This document shows positions 57,202-64,000 of a stretch of DNA of 64,000 bases, piece by piece (the first letter of the stretch is position 1; every line of letters starts with the position of its first letter). The notes beneath the pieces were generated by a model that saw only the letters and a list, made by a program, of their open reading frames with translations, did no database searches and was not told the DNA's origin. The position numbers were made by a program, and so were the translations under genes. Origin of the DNA: Candidatus Anstonellales archaeon (GTDB taxonomy: Archaea > Micrarchaeota > Micrarchaeia > Anstonellales > J096); NCBI GenBank assembly GCA_038890615.1, contig JAWAFI010000001.1:34611-98610 (forward strand), read 5' to 3'.

Positions 57202-59239
57202 CTATTGATTTGGCAAAGCAGATTCTTTTTTAAAGAGTGAAATGAATCTTTTAAGAGAATACACAACCATCCAGAAAAAATTAGAAGCCTTCTGCCTAAC
57301 CAACTCTAAGCGCTCAGCAGGACCTATAGATTTCCTTATCACATATAGATACTCACTCAACTGGTTTGAGTAGGAGATTTTAAGATGCCCAAAGACCGAT
57401 ATGATTACGGCAATGCCGCTGAATAAATTTAAATGGAGAGAATTGGATGTTTTGCTTCTTTCTGACACCGGCATTCCTTTGCTAGGTCTAAGAGGCTTAT
57501 AAAAGACATCAGCATATATGCTATCATCGCTTAGATTCTGGTTCTTTAGGTTCTGTTCCTTTGCTCTGTGCATCGCTTCTACGAATGATTTGGAAGAAAA
57601 GGATTTTATGCCTCTGAAAACAGTACGGCCCACACCTAAGGAATCGATTTTGGGTTTTTTTCTAAATATATCTTGATAGACATGGCTGTCAGCCTCAAAT
57701 GAGCCAAACAAACCATATTCTTTTCTGCAATATAAAGCAAATGCAAGATTAATGGCATTCAATGTAGGCACTATCCCGACCCTCTCCTTTGAGTCTTCCA
57801 TAATTTTCTTCAGAAAGGTAAAATCATTGTCTTTTTTAGAGAACCTAAGCCTCTCCAAACAAGGCAATGAAGCATTAAAGCAACCAACACCTTGCACATA
57901 GTCAAAAATGAAAGTTATCTCATCAAAGGAGACCTTGCCCTTAATGTAATTCAATATACCAAGGTTTTTAGGAAGAGAAAGTTCTGAAGCAGGATGGGCC
58001 AACACCAAAGCTACTTTATTACCGTATTTTTGTTTTATAGTATTGAGAAATTCATAAAGCTCTATATTAGGGGCATAAGAAGGATGGTATGAAACAGGTG
58101 AAATTTTTTCCTTTATTTCTGAGCTTATCTCACAAATAGTCTGGACATCTGATGCATACAGCATCAAGTGAACTCCGTTTATGAGCGGCTGGGGTATGTA
58201 TATTTTTTTGAAGAGTGGGGGCATCTCTGTTGTAATCAAGCACAAACGGCAAAAGATAAAGTATATGTTCGACCTCTTTAGAATGGCAATAGCTAAAATC
58301 ACCTTTTCTTTTTTCATCTTTTCCCAGTTTATTTATGCCACTATTTATCATATCTATGGCTTTGGTTAATTCTTCGTGAGAGTACTTAGCCCTAATGCAT
58401 GGGTTAAAAAGCAAGGATTCCGTAAGCTCTTCCTTAAATTTATTGACCTCATTTAAGAATCTATTAATCTCTTTATGGTCGTATAATTTAAGAGGGAGTG
58501 TCGCTTCTATTGAAGGCACTTTTGTTATTCCAAAGGATGCCTCGACAGCGCTTACATCATCGTAGAGAGCTTTTAGGAAGTGGTTGTGGTGGCCCGTTGC
58601 ATCAAAGTCAGTGTGCCAAAGGAGCATGCTGGCTATCACATTCCTTTCTTTTGCAGTGATTGGGTCTCCGTCATCTACAGAAAGGAATATTAGAGGGATG
58701 CCTCTTGTGCTACCCCAGTGCCCGTGCATCTGGGCATAATAAACATCCTCTGGCTTGTGGCTTGCTGCTTCTTTTATCAGGCTTATGGCCTCGCCAATGG
58801 CCTTATCCATCTCTTCTTCGCTCTTGAAATTGGAAAGTACTAATCTTCTCAAAACCTCATTTGGCTTAAGGTCATTTCCTGTGATTCCTTCAGAGTTCTT
58901 CTGGGAGGGGCCAAGAGGGTCTGTAAAGATCACTTCTATGCCTTTTTTTGAGTATTTTAAAAAAACAAAAAAGTTTGATTTCTCGCCGTTTTTGTTTCTG
59001 TTGAAAACAATTATGTTGTCAGGAAACAAGAGCGAGGAAGTTGGCTTTATGAACTTGTGCTTTATCTTATAATAGATGACGAGAAACTTACTAAGCCTGT
59101 TCAGATTTTCCGAAAAGAGCTTGTTGTACTCCTCATCTGAAGGGAGCTTAATGTCTTTGCCTCTTACATAAAAGCCATCATTCTCCATGCTTTTGATGAA
59201 ACTGTAAAGCAATTTTTGATTACCCTTAGCTTTTCCCAT
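57202..59239 (-). pseudogene. PHP-fold metallophosphoesterase-like paralog 2, split by a frameshift at an A7 run (58203-58209)
   Basis: ORF 58130-59323 (likely start MGKAKG at 59239) carries HGH, DDG, TGHHN and SIE. ORF 57202-58317 carries HLML, AHP, CFN and ADSH. Together they are colinear with 59280-61184. Confidence 0.75.
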
Positions 59240-60791
59240 ATTGATATATATTGTTGGGAAAGATTTAAAAAAGTGATTATCAATCTTTCCTTTTTTTGAG
59301 CTTGAAAACTTGGAGAAAGTCAAAGGGCCTAAAAGGCCTAAAGGCGGCGTGGGAGAGCTCTTGTAAAGAGTAAAGGGAGGCCCTCTCTTGGATTATGGAC
59401 TCTATCATAGCCCTAATCAATATTGGTCCAGACCTAAGGCCGTAAACAAAAACTGAGTGCTTGACCATCTTCACTAGCTTCTGCCAAAATGACTTGTGAG
59501 ACCTTTCAGGCACTATTGCAGGCACAACATAAGGATCAGAGTCTTTTGGCTTTAATGTCTTTGGAGCCCAGAAAACCTCTGCTTCCATCTTCTTTTCCCC
59601 TTTTTTTGCAGAGTGCATGAAATCCACAAAAGCAGAAGGTGATGGATTCAATGATCCCTTAAGCACTGTGCGGCCATAACCTATGTCCGGTATTGAGGGC
59701 TTTCTTTTCAAAGCAGGAGGATAGTAGTGCTCATCTGGGTCATAGCATTGCACTAGCCCGTATTTTTTGTTTATATATTTGCTCCAAGCCAAGTTCATTG
59801 CGTTTTGGGTTGGCTTAATATTTTCACTGCTAATAGGCGAGTTGTCCCTTAGGATAAAAAGAAATGCTTCCTTATAAGGGTTGTCCTTAGAAAACTTTAT
59901 TTCTTCATCATCTGAGAGGGAGGGGTTGAAGCAGGCAACCCCTTGTGCATATTCAGAGGCAATCCTCTCTGCCTCTTCTAAGGATATCTCTTCTTTTGCC
60001 ACCCTGTCCAAGAGGCCTACAGCAGGCAAAGCAGAAGAGCAAGCTGGATGTGCGATCATGAATGAAACTTTGTTCCCATACTTTTGCCTAAGAATCTTAA
60101 AGAATGCCTCCATCTCTATTGTTGGGGCAAGAGGGGGGTATTCTGAGGTTCTTTTTGAAAAGAAGGTCTTTTCTATCTCATCCATTATCTCCGGGCTGGA
60201 AGCATAGAGCATTATGTGGGGCCCATTAAGCTCAGGCATAGGGATGAATATGGATGATACCTTCCCTACAGGTGTTTCGTTATACCTTTCTGCGATTTTT
60301 TTGTATTTGCTTAAAAGCTTAAGCACACCGCTAAGAGCATACCATCCATTAATCATTATGGGAAGCTTTATCTTTTCGTAAGGAGGTATGCCAAGCGCCT
60401 CTCTCTTCGAATTCAATTCCTTAACAAACCTTTCTACTGCAAAGTTCTCGTAAAGGTGCAGTGGCATCGTGACCTCAATAGCTGGGACTTTGGTTATGCC
60501 AAGCGCTTCCTCCACAGCGCTTACATCATTGTATAGTGCTCTTAAGAAGTGGTTGTGGTGGCCTGTTGCATCAAAGTCAGTGTGCCAAAGTAGCATGTTG
60601 GCTATGATTGTGCTTTCCCTTGTGCAGCCGTCATCTATGAGAAGGTCTATAAGGAGCTTTCCTCTTGTGCAGCCCCAATGGCCGTGCATCTGGGCATAAT
60701 AAACATTCTCTGGCTTGTGGCTTGCTGCTTCTTTTATCAGGCTTATGGCCTCGCCAATGGCCTTATCCATCTCTTCTTCGCTCTTGAAATT
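58722..60791. repeat. ~110-bp near-identical block shared by the PHP paralogs (58722-58831 and 60682-60791)
   Basis: One mismatch seen; encodes NFKSEEEMDKAIGEAISLIKEAASHKPE[D/N]VYYAQMHG. Confidence 0.85.
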
Positions 60792-61184
60792 TTTCAAAGA
60801 GACAATGCGGAGGAGGTCTTCTGGCTTTAATGTAAGCCCGCCTTCGCTTGGGCCGAGAGGGTCTGTGAAGATTATCTCCAGCTCTTTTTTTGAGAATTTT
60901 ACAAGCACAAAGAAATTTGATTTCTCCCCTTCTTTGTTCCTGTTGAATACGAGTACATTGTCAGGAAAGGTAAGGGAGTGGGTTGGCTTGAAGAAAAACT
61001 TCTGCTTTATCTTGTAATAAATAGTCATGAAAATATTTAGGTTCTTTATTGTGTCACCTAGGGTCCTCCCGTATTCCTCATCTGAAGGGAGCTTGAATGC
61101 TGTTGATTTCAAAAAGAAACTGCTTTCCGACATCTTTGAAATTAGCTTTTGCACGTGCTTTGGGTAATGCCCTTCCTTTCCCAT
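59280..61184 (-). CDS. PHP-fold metal-dependent phosphoesterase-like protein with long N-terminal extension
   Basis: PHP motifs in order: QMHGH, DDG, TGHHN, AIEVT, PHIML, IAHP, CFN, DPDEH; likely start MGKEG at 61184. Confidence 0.7.
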   Translation of the reverse strand: MGKEGHYPKHVQKLISKMSESSFFLKSTAFKLPSDEEYGRTLGDTIKNLNIFMTIYYKIKQKFFFKPTHSLTFPDNVLVFNRNKEGEKSNFFVLVKFSKKELEIIFTDPLGPSEGGLTLKPEDLLRIVSLKNFKSEEEMDKAIGEAISLIKEAASHKPENVYYAQMHGHWGCTRGKLLIDLLIDDGCTRESTIIANMLLWHTDFDATGHHNHFLRALYNDVSAVEEALGITKVPAIEVTMPLHLYENFAVERFVKELNSKREALGIPPYEKIKLPIMINGWYALSGVLKLLSKYKKIAERYNETPVGKVSSIFIPMPELNGPHIMLYASSPEIMDEIEKTFFSKRTSEYPPLAPTIEMEAFFKILRQKYGNKVSFMIAHPACSSALPAVGLLDRVAKEEISLEEAERIASEYAQGVACFNPSLSDDEEIKFSKDNPYKEAFLFILRDNSPISSENIKPTQNAMNLAWSKYINKKYGLVQCYDPDEHYYPPALKRKPSIPDIGYGRTVLKGSLNPSPSAFVDFMHSAKKGEKKMEAEVFWAPKTLKPKDSDPYVVPAIVPERSHKSFWQKLVKMVKHSVFVYGLRSGPILIRAMIESIIQERASLYSLQELSHAAFRPFRPFDFLQVFKLKKRKD

Positions 61185-61237
61185 AAGCAACCACATATAA
61201 ATATAGTGGGCAAAAGTTTATAAATGTGCTGGAAAAA

Positions 61238-61603
61238 TCATACTAGCTTCCCATCTTTAAGAGACTTTGCCTTTAGCCCAATATCTCTTGCCCTCCTCCT
61301 AAGCTTTGAATCCTGAGATAGTATATAAAAGCCGTGCTGAAGCGCGAGCGCAATTAGCACATCGTCAGTTGGGCCAACTGCCTTTAGCACTTTTACCTTC
61401 CCTGATTTGATTAAAGAGAGGGAGAAAAGGGCTGCCCTTCCCCTCTCGCTCTTTATCCTGGAGAGTTTTTTCAATTCACCTACAACTGTTGATGCAGTGT
61501 ATGGCTTAATCGGCTCATCACCAAGAAGCAGGAGCTGAGGCAAGCTCACACGCTGAAGGAACGCCTCAATAAAAGAGCTGGTGTCAATAAGGATGCCTTT
61601 CAT
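61238..61603 (-). CDS. PIN-domain protein (Fcf1/Utp24-like)
   Basis: LIDTS, VVGEL, TDDVLI and SQD..LRRRA. Confidence 0.8.
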   Translation of the reverse strand: MKGILIDTSSFIEAFLQRVSLPQLLLLGDEPIKPYTASTVVGELKKLSRIKSERGRAALFSLSLIKSGKVKVLKAVGPTDDVLIALALQHGFYILSQDSKLRRRARDIGLKAKSLKDGKLV

Positions 61604-62115
61604 TGCCTCACTGCTATCTTCCCGTGCTTTGCATAAGGCAATGAGGTAGGGCTGCTCAGCTTCAGGAATATTGCTTGTGAGATGCGAAGGCCCTCTGACA
61701 AAGTAAGGTTTGACGGCGAAGAGTTCACAATCTCAAGCACCTGCCGGTTGGAACTGCCGGGCTGGATAAGGGAAGATGTAATGTGTACTGAGAGGCCAAG
61801 CCTTGCGTACCTACTCCTTCCTTCAAGTATGCCCATCACATAGGGAGGCAGGGTGATTTTTTCCTTCGTTATTCCAAGGCACATCTCTTGGGGCTTCAGG
61901 GTAACCTTTTTTGCAACGCGATGCTCAAGGACCTCAGTGAATGGCGTTTTCGATATGTCAATGGTCTTGCCTATAAGCCTTTTCTTGAAGAACCAAAAGT
62001 CCTTTCCCAAGGTAAGGTCAATTGAAGCTCCCTGTATCTGCCCTGGCTGAAGGGGCTCTATGCACATCTCTCCTTTCTTCAGCAGGGATTTTATGTCTCT
62101 GTCGGATAGTATCAT
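61600..62115 (-). CDS. dcd: dCTP deaminase
   Basis: MILSDRDI (start 62115), ASIDLTLG, EGRSRYARLG, LEI.N and RISQ. Confidence 0.93.
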   Translation of the reverse strand: MILSDRDIKSLLKKGEMCIEPLQPGQIQGASIDLTLGKDFWFFKKRLIGKTIDISKTPFTEVLEHRVAKKVTLKPQEMCLGITKEKITLPPYVMGILEGRSRYARLGLSVHITSSLIQPGSSNRQVLEIVNSSPSNLTLSEGLRISQAIFLKLSSPTSLPYAKHGKIAVRQ

Positions 62116-62117
62116 AG

Positions 62118-62456
62118 TTACACCAGCTTCAGGTGCCCGCATATCTTGTCAACAAGCACTTCCTCGTTTGGGCCTATTGCTATTGCAGTAAGCGAACCTG
62201 CAGGCACTTGGGTAAATCCTGCATCGTAGATTATGGAAGCGGTCAGCCCTTCTGCCTTTGCCTTGCGGAAAAGGTCCAACATTTCCTCCTCTCTCGCCTT
62301 TAGCACTACCTTCTTTGCGCCGTTTGAAAGCCACTCTGAAGAAACGGATTTTGGGCTTTCAAGGTAGGCCTGCAAAGAAGCATGGGCTGCATGGGCTGCA
62401 ATCTTGCCCTTCCCCATCCTTAGGCTGGAATTGATTACAATCGCTTGCTTGAGCAT
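62118..62456 (-). CDS. pth2: Peptidyl-tRNA hydrolase Pth2
   Basis: KQAIV, MGKGKIAA..AHA, KKVVLK, DAG.TQ, IGP and HLKL. Confidence 0.95.
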   Translation of the reverse strand: MLKQAIVINSSLRMGKGKIAAHAAHASLQAYLESPKSVSSEWLSNGAKKVVLKAREEEMLDLFRKAKAEGLTASIIYDAGFTQVPAGSLTAIAIGPNEEVLVDKICGHLKLV

Positions 62457-62490
62457 AAGCGTTTAAAGCAGTGTCTATTTAAAATTCTTG

Positions 62491-63459
62491 ATGATTGAGC
62501 TCGTGAAGAAGATAAAAGATAGGATAGAGAAGATGGAGAGCGAGAGGCAGAGAATAGCAGATGAAGTAAGGGGGATGGAGAAGATAATGCCTGAGTTCCT
62601 TGAGAGCAAATTCGTCAAGGCAATAGAGCCAAAAGAATTCAGCGGGAAGGTTGCTGCTGTTGATGGAGGAATATTGGACAGGAGCTATTATGGAATTGAT
62701 GTGTATGTTGTTAGGAGCGCAGGGGTTATTTATGATTATGAAAGAGGTGAGCTCAAAAGGGTTGAATATGTACCTTCCAGGAACCCAGAGCACAAGGTCA
62801 TAGATAAGTATGAGTTGGATGAGAATGAAAGCAGGTGGGCAAAGAGCATTATAAGGCTAAAAGAGGAAGTAAGCAGGGCTGCAGAGATAAATGCAGACAT
62901 TGTCATAATGGATGGCTCAATATTCCCTCTTCCATCTGACATTCCTGCAAAGGATTCGCAGGTTTATCCTGAGTATGAAGAATTAGCAGGGGCTTACAAG
63001 GGCATGTTTAAGGGGATGAAGAGGAAGGGGGCTTTGCTTTTAGGGATATCTAAAGACAGCAGGTCGGCAAAAATGGCAGGCAAGTTTAAAATAAGGGGGA
63101 GCGACGTGCTTTTTGCTGACAAGCTCTTGAAAGCAGGGGAAAGAAGCGCAGTAATGGAAATGAAGTGGCCAAATGAAAATGAGAAAGGTTATTTCATGTA
63201 TGTGAAGGTTTCTGAGGAAGACATGCCTCTCAGGGTTGAGTTCCTTGAGCATAGGATGAGCTTTGATGAGATCGCTGGAATCGTCCACTGGCTTTCTGGC
63301 ATAAACAAAAAGTACACCTACCCTGCCGTGCTCATTGAGGCAGACCTGACTGCAAGGCTCCATGAAGTAGAGATTGAAAGGATTGAAAGGGAGATCATGT
63401 TTGGGACTGGGAGCTTGAGGAAATTCAGGAGGGAAAGGAGGCCTTTTGGAGGCAGCTAA
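62491..63459 (+). CDS. nurA: NurA nuclease
   Basis: AAVDGG, MDGS, GISKDS, RVE and YPAVLIEAD..A. Confidence 0.88.
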   Translation: MIELVKKIKDRIEKMESERQRIADEVRGMEKIMPEFLESKFVKAIEPKEFSGKVAAVDGGILDRSYYGIDVYVVRSAGVIYDYERGELKRVEYVPSRNPEHKVIDKYELDENESRWAKSIIRLKEEVSRAAEINADIVIMDGSIFPLPSDIPAKDSQVYPEYEELAGAYKGMFKGMKRKGALLLGISKDSRSAKMAGKFKIRGSDVLFADKLLKAGERSAVMEMKWPNENEKGYFMYVKVSEEDMPLRVEFLEHRMSFDEIAGIVHWLSGINKKYTYPAVLIEADLTARLHEVEIERIEREIMFGTGSLRKFRRERRPFGGS

Positions 63460-64000
63460 AGGAAAGATTCAACCTGCTCCTTTTCTTCTTTCTTAGACCT
63501 GTTGAATTCCCTGCACTGCTCAATTATGTCAGAGCCCTTGGAAGTGTATTTCCTGCAAACCCTTTTCCTAATTCTGAGGAAAACAGGGAAGTTCACTGCC
63601 TCGCCAACAACAATGGCATCCCCAACCTGCAGGGTTGTTATGCTCTGGACCATGCGATCATCTATTCCTTCGCAGCTTTCTGCAACTTTTTTCAGGTCAT
63701 TTGGGTTCATCATACGCAATATTATATGAGTATTGCACTGGCTAAGAGCAGTATTGCTTATGTGTGATGGCCTCTGGGTGATTAGGCACAGCGATGAGCC
63801 GAACTTCCGCCCCTCTCTTGCTATCTTCTCTATGATGCCGCGCGATATTGTGTCAAACTTCCTCTGCTCTGAAGCAAAGTTATGCGCCTCTTCTATTACC
63901 ATAAGGAAGGGAGGCACCTTGTTTTTCTTGCGCAGCTCGAAGAGGCGCCTTCCAAAATAGCTCACAACTATCTGCCTCTGCCTCAAGCTATCAAGACCCT
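63456..64000 (-). CDS. herA: HerA-like ATPase/helicase, C-terminal part (5' end outside the window)
   Basis: MVIEEAH (Walker B), IAREGRKFG, TQRP and SQCNT; the frame stays open to base 64000. Confidence 0.85.
   Translation of the reverse strand, partial: GLDSLRQRQIVVSYFGRRLFELRKKNKVPPFLMVIEEAHNFASEQRKFDTISRGIIEKIAREGRKFGSSLCLITQRPSHISNTALSQCNTHIILRMMNPNDLKKVAESCEGIDDRMVQSITTLQVGDAIVVGEAVNFPVFLRIRKRVCRKYTSKGSDIIEQCREFNRSKKEEKEQVESFL

Overview
Archaeal chromosomal DNA, judged from GatD, CarS, Pth2, membrane LonB, NurA/HerA, an ATP-dependent ligase, CCA-less tRNAs and TATA boxes ~22-26 nt before starts. The compact gene packing and many large secreted beta-helix/Ig surface proteins suggest a DPANN lineage such as Micrarchaeota (inference). 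1-11.8 kb holds surface proteins, sppA, ychF and four tRNAs. 11.8-33.4 kb is an accessory zone starting at tRNA-iMet. It contains an AT-rich orphan, a DHS-like gene lying inside a split Lrp pseudogene, an M6-type protease with a small partner, an AT-rich PLD-helicase + adenine-methyltransferase pair, a UvrD-nuclease fusion and three surface proteins. 33.5-64 kb is mostly housekeeping (split class II RNR, SSB, GGR, glyA, carS, thiI, cysS, galU, nfo, lonB, rpl11, lig, gatD, rsmA, dcd, pth2, nurA, herA). It is interrupted by an ankyrin pair after tRNA-Gly and a tandem pair of large PHP-fold paralogs, one frameshifted at an A7 run. No CRISPR array, rRNA, transposase, integrase or reverse transcriptase was seen. 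All calls come from motif recognition by eye; no searches were run.
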